Positions 39,127 to 48,984 of a stretch of 64,000 bases of DNA are shown here, piece by piece. A model generated the notes under the pieces. It was not told the DNA's origin, did not search any database, and was given only the letters and a program-made list of their open reading frames with translations. The DNA comes from Candidatus Latescibacterota bacterium. GTDB taxonomy: Bacteria; Latescibacterota; UBA2968; GCA-2709665. How positions within the stretch are numbered: position 1 is the first letter of the stretch; each line of letters starts with the position of its first letter. The stretch spans positions 544,001 to 608,000 of the forward strand of contig OZ241917.1 in the NCBI GenBank assembly GCA_965203805.1, written 5' to 3'. The position numbers and the translations under genes were made by a program.

Positions 39127-40307
39127 GACTTGTGGATGCCGGCGCCGGAATCCGGATCGACGACGAGTTTCCATGCAGCAGCGCGGGAGAGATGCGGATC
39201 TCCGGCGACAGCAGCTACGAAATCGGGTACCAGCCCGAGGAGATCCCGCAATGGTTTCAGGATCTGCTGGATGAGCTGTTCGGCGGGGCGGGGGTCCCGA
39301 AAGAATACATGGCCCACGTGCGGGTGCGAAACCAGGGCGATGCCGCGCGGCGGGTGAAGCTCCGGTTTCTGTTGAGCAGGAAGGGGTCCAACTATATGTA
39401 TCCGCCGTGGTGGGTGTGGCGGCAGGAGACGGGATGGGCGTGGCTGGCGCCTGAAGATATGGACTTCCACGAGCATGAATTCATGGATGCCGGCCTGGTT
39501 GTCCATCCGGGCGAAGCCGTTCGCGTCGCTTCGGCGCCCTATGAGACGCCGGATGCGGTGCTCGAGAAGGCGCGGCGTCTGGCGGAAAGTTCCAACGTCT
39601 GGACCTGCCGGGAGATCGGGACATCCGCGGAGGGGCGAGTCCTTCCCGTTCTCGAGTCGCCGCCGCGCGAACTGAAACTCCTGGTGGACGCGACCATGCA
39701 GTCCTGCGAGCCGGTATCGTGGGGGATTATGCACGTCGCGCACTGGCTGACCCTCCCCACGGCACGCGCGCAACGGCTTCTGGAACACGTGCAGTTCTGC
39801 CTCATGCCGATGCTGAATCCGGATGGTGTGTTCGCGGGCCGCAGCGTGACCAACGCGGTTGGCGAGGTGCCCAAGTTCGGGATCAACAACCTCGTTGAAG
39901 GAAGAGGCGCTCCAAGGGAAACCGAAGCCCTCTGGAATTATCTGCTGGACACCCGGCCGGATGCGTCGATCGAGGTGCATGCCCACTTTACGCGGGAGGG
40001 GTTTACCCGGAGCATCGGCATGCACGACAAGGACTCCATGCCGCGGGAACTGCGCGAAAAAGGCGCCGTCGTCGAGGCGGCGATCGTGGAGAATTATCAC
40101 GTTCCGCCCCTGGAGAACCGGCAGGTACTGATCGATCCCAGGGAGCCGGAGCTCAATGTCTACGGCGACCGCTACGTCAGCGAGCACGCGGGCACGATCC
40201 GGACGTTTCTTCAGGCTGTCCCCGATAGCATCGAATCCCATTGCGCCGACGTGAGAGAGATGACGGAGACCATCGCGAACGCCCTGATTTCGTGGAAGGC
40301 GCGCTGA
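39123..40307 (+). CDS. M14 zinc carboxypeptidase-like protein with divergent active site
   Basis: IGTSAEGR, PMLNPDG and EVH match M14; the HxxE position reads QSCE. Confidence 0.7.
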   Translation: MRLVDAGAGIRIDDEFPCSSAGEMRISGDSSYEIGYQPEEIPQWFQDLLDELFGGAGVPKEYMAHVRVRNQGDAARRVKLRFLLSRKGSNYMYPPWWVWRQETGWAWLAPEDMDFHEHEFMDAGLVVHPGEAVRVASAPYETPDAVLEKARRLAESSNVWTCREIGTSAEGRVLPVLESPPRELKLLVDATMQSCEPVSWGIMHVAHWLTLPTARAQRLLEHVQFCLMPMLNPDGVFAGRSVTNAVGEVPKFGINNLVEGRGAPRETEALWNYLLDTRPDASIEVHAHFTREGFTRSIGMHDKDSMPRELREKGAVVEAAIVENYHVPPLENRQVLIDPREPELNVYGDRYVSEHAGTIRTFLQAVPDSIESHCADVREMTETIANALISWKAR

Positions 40308-40376
40308 ATACGGCGCCGGAGAACGGCGCCGCGCCGACGAGGGAGTCTCACACCGGCTTATCACGAGGAGAGGACC

Positions 40377-41168
40377 ATGAAAATTGGCGTGACGCAGATC
40401 ATTCTGGGCCGGCTTTCGCTGGACGAAACCCTGGAACTGTGCGGAACTGCGGGTTACGAGGCCCTGGAACTGGTATTCAGCGACGGCGGCGACCCCGACG
40501 TGAATATGAGCGACGAAGAGATCCGAACGGTGCGTCGGAAATGCGATGCCGCCGGCCTGGAAATCGGCAGTTCGATCGCGCAATACCGGGATCGCGGGAA
40601 CTTTCTCAGCCCGAAGTCGGGCGACCGCGAGCAGGGCGTCAGGTGTCTTGCGCGGTCCATTGAAATCGCGCACGTTCTGGGAGTCGACGCGGTACTGCTG
40701 CACCCCGGACAGCTCACAGCCGGGGGGACGTACGACCAGGCCTGGGACCTGATGCTGGGCGCAATCCGGGACCTGGCGCCGTTTGCCGAGGAGAAGGGTG
40801 TCTCGGTGGGCATTGAGAACGTATGGAACAAGTTCCTGCTGAGTCCGCGGGAGATGGCGGCGTTTGTGGATGCGGTCGGGAGCCCGCGGGTGGGCACGTA
40901 CCTCGACACCGCGAATATGATGGCCTACGGCTTTCCGGAGCACTGGATTCGAGGCCTCGGGAGTCGTATCGTACGCGTGCATTTCAAGGATTTCAGCCGC
41001 GGCGAACACCGGTTCGTGGATCTCATGGACGGCGATACCGACTGGCCCGCGCTGATGGCCGAGCTGCGCGCAATCGGCTATCGCTCTCCGGTGGTCCACG
41101 AAGTATCGGGGAATCGCGAGGCGCAGATCGAGACGGCAAGGCGGATGAAGAAGATCGTGGCGATGTAA
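40377..41168 (+). CDS. Sugar phosphate isomerase/epimerase (xylose-isomerase-like TIM barrel)
   Basis: IENVWNKFLLSP, YLDTAN, VHFKD, GDTDW, HE metal ligands. Confidence 0.92.
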   Translation: MKIGVTQIILGRLSLDETLELCGTAGYEALELVFSDGGDPDVNMSDEEIRTVRRKCDAAGLEIGSSIAQYRDRGNFLSPKSGDREQGVRCLARSIEIAHVLGVDAVLLHPGQLTAGGTYDQAWDLMLGAIRDLAPFAEEKGVSVGIENVWNKFLLSPREMAAFVDAVGSPRVGTYLDTANMMAYGFPEHWIRGLGSRIVRVHFKDFSRGEHRFVDLMDGDTDWPALMAELRAIGYRSPVVHEVSGNREAQIETARRMKKIVAM

Positions 41169-41237
41169 TTGCAATGACGGGCGCATCGGGTGCGGGTTTG
41201 AGGATCCATTGCCCTGATGGTGAATCCGGGAGTGTTG

Positions 41238-43250
41238 ATGGCTGAACCGGACAGGATTTCCACACGGGGTTTGGCCCGTGTGGCGAGAAACCCCGTGGAT
41301 ATGGCCGTGGAAGACCGTGGAACGACGGTTCGGTCGCTGATTTTCGGGCTTTGCGCGGCACTCGTCATCAGCGTTCTGGGCAACGTCGTTCGGTACATCC
41401 TCCACTCCTCGTTCATGGCGTACAGCCACATGCCGATGGGGAACCTGATCGTCTGGCTGCTGTCGATCCTGGTCTGCGCGGCGCTGGCGAAAGGGTTCGG
41501 CCGCAGGTTCGCGTTCTCCGCCAGCGAGTGGATCACGGTCTTTGCCATGGGGTTTATCGCGTCCCTTGGCCCCACCTACGGCGTGAGCGGCTACCTTGTG
41601 GGTGTCATCGTGACACCCTATTATTTCGCCACGCCCGAGAACCGGTGGGCCGAGTTTCTGCACCCGTACCTCCCGGAATGGATGATCCCGACCAACAAGG
41701 ACGGGGCGATGACCTGGTTCTACGACGGGTTGCCCCAGGGCGTCCCCATTCCGTGGGAAGCCTGGACGATGCCCCTGTTCTGGTGGTTTACCTTCGTCTG
41801 TGCGGTCGCGCTGGCGTGCCTGTGCGCATCGGTGATCATCCACAGGCAGTGGTCCGAGCACGAGAAGATCGTGTTTCCGGCAATGGAACCCATCGTGGAG
41901 ATGGCGGCAAACGCCGGCAAGGGCAGAGGGTGGCTCCCGGAGTTCATGGCCGGCAAGGCCTACTGGACCGGATTTGCGATCGTCTTTTTTGTATTCAGCT
42001 GGAATTTCATCGGATGGTTCAAACCGGGATTTCCCGTTTTTCCAACGGCGAGGGGTACCTGGATTCCGCTGGGGCAGGCCTTTCCGCCGCAGTGGATTTT
42101 CGTAAGCACCGTCGTCATCTGTTTTTCTTACTTCGCCAGCCTCGAGGTGTTGTTCAGTCTCTGGTTCTTCGACCTGTTGTTCATTTTCGAGGGCGGGTTC
42201 CTGAACCGGCTTGGGGTCGAGGCGATTTCACCTCACTATATGACGGGACGGTACGGCTGGCAGACGGCGGGCGCCTTTATCGGCATCGCCTTCTGGTGGC
42301 TGCTGGTCTCCCGCACGCATCTCTGGCAGGCGTTCCGCAAGGCGGTCCGGCCCGAAAGCAGTCCGATCGACGACCGGCGCGAACTGATATCCTACCGGGC
42401 GGCGTTTATCTGGCTGGGCGTCTCAACGGTCTATACCATCGCCTGGTTGTGGCAGGCGGGAATGGACCTGAAGGTCATCTGCTTACTGATCCCCACCATG
42501 TTTCTGATTTACTTCGGCGTGGCCAAGATTCTTGCCGAGACCGGCCACATCTACATCGGATCGGCGACCAGGGGATGGGAGCTTGCTGCCGCTGCGCTGG
42601 GAGGCGCAAGCGCCGTGCCGGCGGGGACCCACGCCGTAATGTACCCGGCATCGGTGTCAATCAACCATTTTCGGGCGTACACGTTTTCGCTGGGGATGCA
42701 CCTGAACCGGCTGGGAGACTTCCTCGCCGGGGGACACAGATGGTTTTTTGGAGGGGTTTTCGGCGCATTCATTGTGGGCGTGGTGGGGTCCACCCTGTTT
42801 ACGATCTGGTTGGGGTACACCATCGGCGGGTACAACTTTCAGCCCAACTGGCTGATTATCCGTGCCGGCGTCGGCGGGTACCAGCGTGGCGTAAACGATA
42901 TTCTCTCGCCGGAACCGACCGAGGTGGAGGACTACTGGTTCTTCCTGGCGGGTTTTGTCGCGATGATGGCGCTGAACCTGTTGCGGTACCGTTTCAGCTG
43001 GTGGCCCGTTCATCCGGTGGGGTTCGCGATCTCGGGCGCCTGGCTGACGAGGCTGACGAGCTTCACGCTGTTCCTGGCCTGGCTGGTGAAGTTCATCCTC
43101 CTGAAGCTCGTCGGCGCCGCGTTCTACAGGAAATCTCGTCCGTTTTTCATCGGCGCGCTGACGGCATATATTCTGGTCACAACGCTCGGGTTGATCGTAG
43201 ACGCCGTGTTCTTCGGAAAGCAGGGACACACGCTCCACAAATGGTACTAG
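41238..43250 (+). CDS. DUF6785-like polytopic membrane protein (putative transporter), paralogue 1
   Basis: Many TM helices; YYFATPENRW, PWEAW..PLFWW, QWSEHEKIVFP, WWPVHPVGF, RPFFIG. Confidence 0.8.
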   Translation: MAEPDRISTRGLARVARNPVDMAVEDRGTTVRSLIFGLCAALVISVLGNVVRYILHSSFMAYSHMPMGNLIVWLLSILVCAALAKGFGRRFAFSASEWITVFAMGFIASLGPTYGVSGYLVGVIVTPYYFATPENRWAEFLHPYLPEWMIPTNKDGAMTWFYDGLPQGVPIPWEAWTMPLFWWFTFVCAVALACLCASVIIHRQWSEHEKIVFPAMEPIVEMAANAGKGRGWLPEFMAGKAYWTGFAIVFFVFSWNFIGWFKPGFPVFPTARGTWIPLGQAFPPQWIFVSTVVICFSYFASLEVLFSLWFFDLLFIFEGGFLNRLGVEAISPHYMTGRYGWQTAGAFIGIAFWWLLVSRTHLWQAFRKAVRPESSPIDDRRELISYRAAFIWLGVSTVYTIAWLWQAGMDLKVICLLIPTMFLIYFGVAKILAETGHIYIGSATRGWELAAAALGGASAVPAGTHAVMYPASVSINHFRAYTFSLGMHLNRLGDFLAGGHRWFFGGVFGAFIVGVVGSTLFTIWLGYTIGGYNFQPNWLIIRAGVGGYQRGVNDILSPEPTEVEDYWFFLAGFVAMMALNLLRYRFSWWPVHPVGFAISGAWLTRLTSFTLFLAWLVKFILLKLVGAAFYRKSRPFFIGALTAYILVTTLGLIVDAVFFGKQGHTLHKWY

Positions 43251-43374
43251 CAGACTCTCCGGGCAGCGGACCGCCGAATGGCGACGTGTTGCCGGGGTGA
43301 GAGACCGGACGCGGCTGCAACCGGGATTCCCTCCGAGTCTCGCATTTTCCGTGGCGTTGAATTGAGGATTTCCA

Positions 43375-45378
43375 ATGGCTGAATCCGGTGCGGCCCTTCG
43401 GCACGCCGCGCGACAGAACATCGATGCGCCCCCAGTCGCAGAGGATCGAGGGGTCACGCTTCGATCGATCGCTTTCGGCCTGTGTCTGGCCGTGGCCGTG
43501 AGTCTCCTGGCCAACACCGTGCTTTATCTTGTTCATGGCTCGCTGATGGCGTACAGCCATATGCCCATGGGCAACCTGATATTGACCCTGCTGTCCATGG
43601 TCGTCTGTTCTGCTCTGGCCTTCCGATTCGGAAGGTCTTTTGTGTTTTCCCGAACGGAGTGGCTCACCATTTTTGCCATGGGTTTCGTGAGTTCGCTCGG
43701 TCCCACGTACGGCGTGAGCGGGTACCTGGTGGGCGTGATCGTGTCCCCGTACTATTTTGCCACGCCCGAGAACCGATGGTCGGAGTTCCTGCATCCGTAT
43801 CTTCCGGAATTCATCTTTCCCCAGAACAGGAAAGGAGAGATGAGCTGGTTCTACAACGGGCTGCCGCCCGACGCGGCCGTCCCCTGGGAGACCTGGGCGG
43901 GGCCGCTGTTCTGGTGGTTCACGTTTATCGCGGCGGTGGCATTCGCGTGTTTCTGCGCGTCCATCATCATTCACCGCCAGTGGTCGGAGTATGAAAAGCT
44001 CGTCTATCCGGCCATGGAGCCGATCGTGGAAATCGCGTCCCGTAGTGGCTCGGGGAAGCGGTGGCTGCCGGAGCTGATGCAGGGGCGGATGTTCTGGGCG
44101 GGGTTTTCGGTCAGCGCGTTCATCTACTGCTGGAACATGATCGGCTGGTTTTTCCCGGCATTTCCGAGTTTTCGGATGACGCCGGGCTGGTACCTTCCTC
44201 TCGCGAGGGACTTTCCAGCCCTGTGGATTTCTTTCAATACGTTCGTGATCTGCTTTGCGTATTTTGCCAGCCTCGAAGTCCTGTTCAGTCTCTGGTTCTT
44301 CGACCTTTTCTTTGTGGTCGAGTCGGGTATCCTGACCCGATTGGGAATGCCGTCGTGGCATTCCTACCGGTCCGCGGGGCCGTACACGTGGCAGACCGCG
44401 GGCGCCTTCGTATGCCTTGCTGTTTTCTGGATACTGATTTCGAGGCGTCATCTGAAGGATGCGTTTCTGAAAGCGCTGAATCCACGCAGCGAACATATAG
44501 ACGACAGCCGCGAACTCATCTCCTACCGTGCGGCGTTCCTGGGTCTGGGTATCGCGTGCTGTTACGCCGTTGCCTGGCTCTGGAATGCCGGTATGGATAG
44601 CGGAGTAATCGCCCTGACCATACCGACGATGTTTCTGGTCTATCTGGCAATGGGTAAGATTCTTGCGGACTCGGGGCTGGTTTTTCTGAGCTCGCCGACG
44701 TCGGCCCGAAATCTCGTGCAGGCAGCATTCGGAGGCCCCAGGGGCATACCGGCGGCGACCCACGCGCTATACTATCCGACCGCGGTGGCGCTGAGTCATT
44801 TCAAGGGAACCATTTTCACGTTCGGCATGCATGCCAACCGGCTGGGAGACTTTGTCGCAGGCAACAAGAGACGGTTGTTCTGGTCGGTATGCGCCGCGTT
44901 TCTCGTGGGGCTGGTTGCATCCACGCTATACGTGGTCTGGCTCGGGTACACCGTTGGCGGCTACAATTTCGAGCCGAACTGGCTTGTGACACGGGCCGGA
45001 CACCGGGGTTTCCAGGGGGCGGTCAGCGACATCATTTCGCCCAAGCCGATGCAATCCAGCGAGTATGTGTTCTTCGTTGTCGGGGCGTTGGCCATGGGGA
45101 TCATCACGTTTATGCGTTACCGTTTCGCGTGGTGGCCTTTTCATCCCATCGGCTTTGCGCTCTCAGGGTCCGCGCTTTCGCACCTGACCGGGTTTACGAT
45201 TTTTCTGGCGTGGAGCCTGAAGGCGATTCTGCTGAGATTCTTCGGAGCCGCGTTTTACCGGCGCTCACGCCCGTTTTTTATCGGGCTCCTTATCGGATAC
45301 GTATTTGCGATCGCGCTGGGGCTCGTGCTGGATGCCGTCTGGTTCATGCCCCAGGGCCACCGAATTCACGTATATTGA
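43375..45378 (+). CDS. DUF6785-like polytopic membrane protein (putative transporter), paralogue 2
   Basis: Colinear with 41238-43250; shares MAYSHMPMGNLI, SLGPTYGVSGYLVGVI, YFASLEVLFSLWFFDL. Confidence 0.8.
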   Translation: MAESGAALRHAARQNIDAPPVAEDRGVTLRSIAFGLCLAVAVSLLANTVLYLVHGSLMAYSHMPMGNLILTLLSMVVCSALAFRFGRSFVFSRTEWLTIFAMGFVSSLGPTYGVSGYLVGVIVSPYYFATPENRWSEFLHPYLPEFIFPQNRKGEMSWFYNGLPPDAAVPWETWAGPLFWWFTFIAAVAFACFCASIIIHRQWSEYEKLVYPAMEPIVEIASRSGSGKRWLPELMQGRMFWAGFSVSAFIYCWNMIGWFFPAFPSFRMTPGWYLPLARDFPALWISFNTFVICFAYFASLEVLFSLWFFDLFFVVESGILTRLGMPSWHSYRSAGPYTWQTAGAFVCLAVFWILISRRHLKDAFLKALNPRSEHIDDSRELISYRAAFLGLGIACCYAVAWLWNAGMDSGVIALTIPTMFLVYLAMGKILADSGLVFLSSPTSARNLVQAAFGGPRGIPAATHALYYPTAVALSHFKGTIFTFGMHANRLGDFVAGNKRRLFWSVCAAFLVGLVASTLYVVWLGYTVGGYNFEPNWLVTRAGHRGFQGAVSDIISPKPMQSSEYVFFVVGALAMGIITFMRYRFAWWPFHPIGFALSGSALSHLTGFTIFLAWSLKAILLRFFGAAFYRRSRPFFIGLLIGYVFAIALGLVLDAVWFMPQGHRIHVY

Positions 45379-45393
45379 GCGTCTGGGAATTAA

Positions 45394-45640
45394 CCTCAAT
45401 TTGAAAAAAGAAAACCGAAAATTGGCCACAAAAAGCACAAAAGGCATCCGTGCAAAGCGGCGTGTGCGGTAACGCGGTGACCCTGCAGTTATTTTCTCAC
45501 CGGGCCGAAAAGGTCGTCCGGAGGGACATTTTTTCCGTTCACGTCCAGTGACCTGAAGGATCATGGAAATCAGCAGTTAAATCGCCTTTATTCACTTGCA
45601 CATTTTCGAATTAACGTCCCCGCATAATGACGAATCAAGG
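45394..45640. mobile_element. Non-autonomous IS-derived element (MITE-like), copy 2, 247 bp
   Basis: Ends CCTCAATTT...GAATCAAGG, flanked by TTAA direct repeats (45390-93, 45641-44). The right 139 bp match copy 1; the left 108 bp are unrelated to copy 1. Left boundary less certain. Confidence 0.72.
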
Positions 45641-45704
45641 TTAATCGTCGGTACGTTAACCCGTGCATTACAACGGATTATTGGTCAGATAGAGGAGCGA
45701 TCAT

Positions 45705-46751
45705 ATGCCAAGTGGTCTTCGCAAGTTGGCGGCGAAAGATGGCGCCGGGAGGATCGTCGTCATCGAGGAACCGATTCCACAACCTGAGCCCGGCCAGGTC
45801 CAGGTTGAGGTCCGGGCGAGTTTTGTGAGTCCGGGTACGGAACTGGGCGCCGTGAAGAGGATTCGCGAGAATCCCGGTGGCGGCCCCGCCCGCCCGTTCG
45901 GGTATTCGAATGCCGGCGTGGTCGTTGGACAGGGCGAGGGTTGTGAAGATATACCCATGGGAACCCGGGTGGCCTGCATGGGCGGTGGCTATGCACTGCA
46001 CGCGACTCACGCCTGCGTGCCCAGGAATATGGCCGTTCCCATGCCCGATTCCGTGCACTTCGAGGACGCGTCGTCCGTTCATCTGGTCGCAACCGCGCTG
46101 AACGCGGTCCGCCGGGCCGAGTTGACCCTGGGCGAATACGTCGCGGTTGTGGGCCTGGGGCCCGTGGGACAGTTTTCCTGCCAGTGGGCCCGGCTCGCCG
46201 GGTGTCATACGCTCGCGCTGGACCGGTTGCCCATGCGCCTTGCGGTTGCAGGAAAGACCGGCGCGGACCGGACGGTGAACGCTGGAGACGAGGATGCTGT
46301 GGCCTCGGCCGCGGAGTTTACGAGAGGATACGGTGTGGACGCCGGCATTCTCGCGTTCGGTGGAGACGGCACCGGGGCTTTCAAAATGCTCGCGGCGATG
46401 ATGAAGCGCGCGCCCGATACACACCAGATGGGCCGGATCACGATCGTGGGCGGCGCGAAGATCGAGCATGTATTCGCATCCGGCCTGGGCAACCTGGACG
46501 TTCGGAGCGCGGCGCGGACGGGCCCCGGATATCACGATGAAGCCTGGGAACACGGACGGGACTATCCGCCCGTATTCATGCAATGGACCACGCGGCGGAA
46601 CCTGGAGGAGTGTCTGGTGTTCATGGCTTCCGGCGGGATGCTGGTCGAGCCGCTGATCACCCACCGGGTAGCGCTCGATGACGCGCCGGAGGCGTGTGAG
46701 GCGCTGATTCAGCGGCCCAATGAGGCGCTGGGGGTCGTGCTGCTGCCTTAA
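45705..46751 (+). CDS. MDR-superfamily (zinc-type alcohol dehydrogenase-like) oxidoreductase
   Basis: VSPGTEL, FGYSNAG, VVGLGPVG, PLITHR; AGGAG RBS. Confidence 0.88.
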   Translation: MPSGLRKLAAKDGAGRIVVIEEPIPQPEPGQVQVEVRASFVSPGTELGAVKRIRENPGGGPARPFGYSNAGVVVGQGEGCEDIPMGTRVACMGGGYALHATHACVPRNMAVPMPDSVHFEDASSVHLVATALNAVRRAELTLGEYVAVVGLGPVGQFSCQWARLAGCHTLALDRLPMRLAVAGKTGADRTVNAGDEDAVASAAEFTRGYGVDAGILAFGGDGTGAFKMLAAMMKRAPDTHQMGRITIVGGAKIEHVFASGLGNLDVRSAARTGPGYHDEAWEHGRDYPPVFMQWTTRRNLEECLVFMASGGMLVEPLITHRVALDDAPEACEALIQRPNEALGVVLLP

Positions 46752-46797
46752 ACTTTATCCGTTGGCAGGAAAACACGAATCGTAACGGGAGTTGCGC

Positions 46798-47880
46798 ATG
46801 GCTGGAAAACAGTATCGAGGCGGCGCGATCGGCAGGACGGGCCGGGGCGGCTACGGACATGGACTGCATCTGGGCCTGGCGGCAGCGGACGCAGTGGATC
46901 TGGTGGCTGTGGCGGATCCGGACGCGCAGGGGCGGCGGGAAGTCGCGGACGCGGCAGGCGCCGAACGCACCTATGGAGATTATCGGGAGATGCTGGAGAA
47001 AGAAGCGCTGGACATCGTCACCGTGGGACCCCGCTGGGTGGATTGCCATGAAGAGATGGTGCTGGCGTGTGTCGCGGCAGGCTGCCACGTCTATTGCGAG
47101 AAACCGATGGCCGGCACGCTCGAATCGGCGGATCGGATGGTGTCCGCGGCGCAAAGGGCGGGCGTCAAGCTGGCCGTTGCGCATCAGGGCGTCTATCTGC
47201 CCCAGGTCCAGGCCGTGAAGCGGCTGCTGGACGATGGCGGCATCGGACCGCTGCAGGCGATTTACGCAACCGGCAAGCAGGACCATCGAGGCGGAGGTGA
47301 GGATATGATGGTCCTGGGGACGCATCTGTTCAACCTGATGCGGTTCCTGGGGGGCGACGTGGCGTGGATGAGTGCGCAGGTCATGGTTGGAGAGCGAGAA
47401 CTCCGGACGGGCGATGCCCGCGAGGCAAATGAGCCGATCGGTCTGATTGCGGGCGACCGCATACGGAGTTATTTCGCGTTTCAAAGCGGCGCCGCGGGCT
47501 TTTTCGTGTCTCGTGCCGATCAGCCCGGGAACGGAGCGTGTTTCGGCCTGGAGCTGGTGGGGAGGGACGGACGCATGATGCTGCGCGGCGGCGCGCCGAC
47601 CGTCATTGCCGCTTATCCGTTCAGCGTCTGGCTTCCGGAGGACGGGTCGCGCGCCTGGGAAGTTCTGGACCTGGAGACCGCGCCGCTGCCCGACGGCAAC
47701 CGGCGGGCGATTCTGGATCTGATCGATGCGATCGAACACGACCGGCAGCCGCTGTCCAGCGGTGTGGATGCGGTGAAGGCCCTGGAAATGGTGCTGGGCG
47801 CCTACGCATCGCAGATCTCGTGCGGACGCGTGTCGTTTCCGATGGCCGACCGAACCCATCCGCTTGAGGGCCATGTATAG
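46798..47880 (+). CDS. Gfo/Idh/MocA family oxidoreductase
   Basis: IGRTGRGGYGHGL, YCEKP, RGGGEDMMVLGTH. Confidence 0.92.
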   Translation: MAGKQYRGGAIGRTGRGGYGHGLHLGLAAADAVDLVAVADPDAQGRREVADAAGAERTYGDYREMLEKEALDIVTVGPRWVDCHEEMVLACVAAGCHVYCEKPMAGTLESADRMVSAAQRAGVKLAVAHQGVYLPQVQAVKRLLDDGGIGPLQAIYATGKQDHRGGGEDMMVLGTHLFNLMRFLGGDVAWMSAQVMVGERELRTGDAREANEPIGLIAGDRIRSYFAFQSGAAGFFVSRADQPGNGACFGLELVGRDGRMMLRGGAPTVIAAYPFSVWLPEDGSRAWEVLDLETAPLPDGNRRAILDLIDAIEHDRQPLSSGVDAVKALEMVLGAYASQISCGRVSFPMADRTHPLEGHV

Positions 47881-48021
47881 CCGGCAGCTCAAGTACGGAT
47901 ACTTTGGATATCCCGTTGGATTGTCGTATATTATCCGGAGTACATCGTTGCAGCAGGGGATTGCATCGATTTCCGGCCCGTTTACTCTGCACCCGGCCCC
48001 CGGGCGGAAGGTGGAATCAAG

Positions 48022-48984
48022 ATGAATGCGAGAATCACCAGGGATATTTCAGATCGGATGCGGCCTTCGATTATGCTGGCCGCGTGGCCGGGCATGGGCA
48101 GTGTGGGCGTCGGGGCGCTGGATTACCTGCGACGGAAGCTGGACGCGGTGCCGTTCGCAGAGATCGACATGAGCGAATATTTCGCGCCGGAGGCGGTGGT
48201 TGTTGAGAAGGGACTCGCCCGCTCGTTTTCCGATCTGCCGAGCCACGTCTTCTATTACGTCGAGGAGCCCCCGCTGATCATATCCGAAAGCGAAGCGCAG
48301 ATACCGGGAATGGGTGGCACGGTCCTTATGGGCCACATGCTCGACCTTGCGCAGCGGTTCAAGGTGGAAACCATCTATACGGGGGCGGCATACGCAATGC
48401 CCATCAGCCACAACGAACGCGTTCAGGTGCTCGGCGCGGCCAACCAGGAAGCGTTGCGGGACGCGCTCGGCCAATACGGCGTGGAGATCCTGCAGGAAGG
48501 ACACATTGCCGGTCTGAACGGACTGTTGCTGGGTTCGGCCGGGCTGCGAAATATCCGGGCGGCCTGCCTGTTGGCGACCATGCCGATGTACGCCCAGATG
48601 ATGCCGAACCCCAAGGCGTCGCGTGAGATCGTACGCGTCTGGTCGGAAATGTTGCGGCTGGACGTGAATATGTCGGAGATCGACCAGGCTGTTGAACGCA
48701 TGGACGACACCATGTCCCAGATAGAAGAGAAGATCCGCACCACCTTCTCCACCATGGAACCCGAAAACGAGGATGAAATCGAACTCGAAGAAGTGGACGA
48801 GGAGCAGGTGCCTCAGGTGGTCATGGAGCGGATCGAGCGCCTCTTCGGCGAGGTCGAACACGAGACGACCAAAGAGAAGGCGGCCCTGTTGAAGCGGGAA
48901 CTGGACCGGTGGAACCTGTATGGACTCTACGAAGACCGGTTTCTGGGTCTGTTCCGAAAGGACAGCGGCCCCAATCGCGGGTAA
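48022..48984 (+). CDS. PAC2 (proteasome assembly chaperone-like) family protein
   Basis: LAAWPGMGSVG, IYTGAA, GHIAGLNGLLLG, ACLL, PNPKAS, acidic tail. Confidence 0.82.
   Translation: MNARITRDISDRMRPSIMLAAWPGMGSVGVGALDYLRRKLDAVPFAEIDMSEYFAPEAVVVEKGLARSFSDLPSHVFYYVEEPPLIISESEAQIPGMGGTVLMGHMLDLAQRFKVETIYTGAAYAMPISHNERVQVLGAANQEALRDALGQYGVEILQEGHIAGLNGLLLGSAGLRNIRAACLLATMPMYAQMMPNPKASREIVRVWSEMLRLDVNMSEIDQAVERMDDTMSQIEEKIRTTFSTMEPENEDEIELEEVDEEQVPQVVMERIERLFGEVEHETTKEKAALLKRELDRWNLYGLYEDRFLGLFRKDSGPNRG

Noticed and set aside
39084-41861. 925-aa - strand ORF (also 2562-4373, 36685-38706, 43177-44763 and similar)
   Set aside because: Antisense shadows of well-supported + strand genes. High GC3 removes stops on the opposite strand, and the translations are Arg/Pro/His-rich with no motifs.
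41351-43300. 649-aa alternative-frame + strand ORF
   Set aside because: Overlaps DUF6785 paralogue 1 out of frame, is Arg/Gly-rich, and the equivalent frame is broken in paralogue 2.
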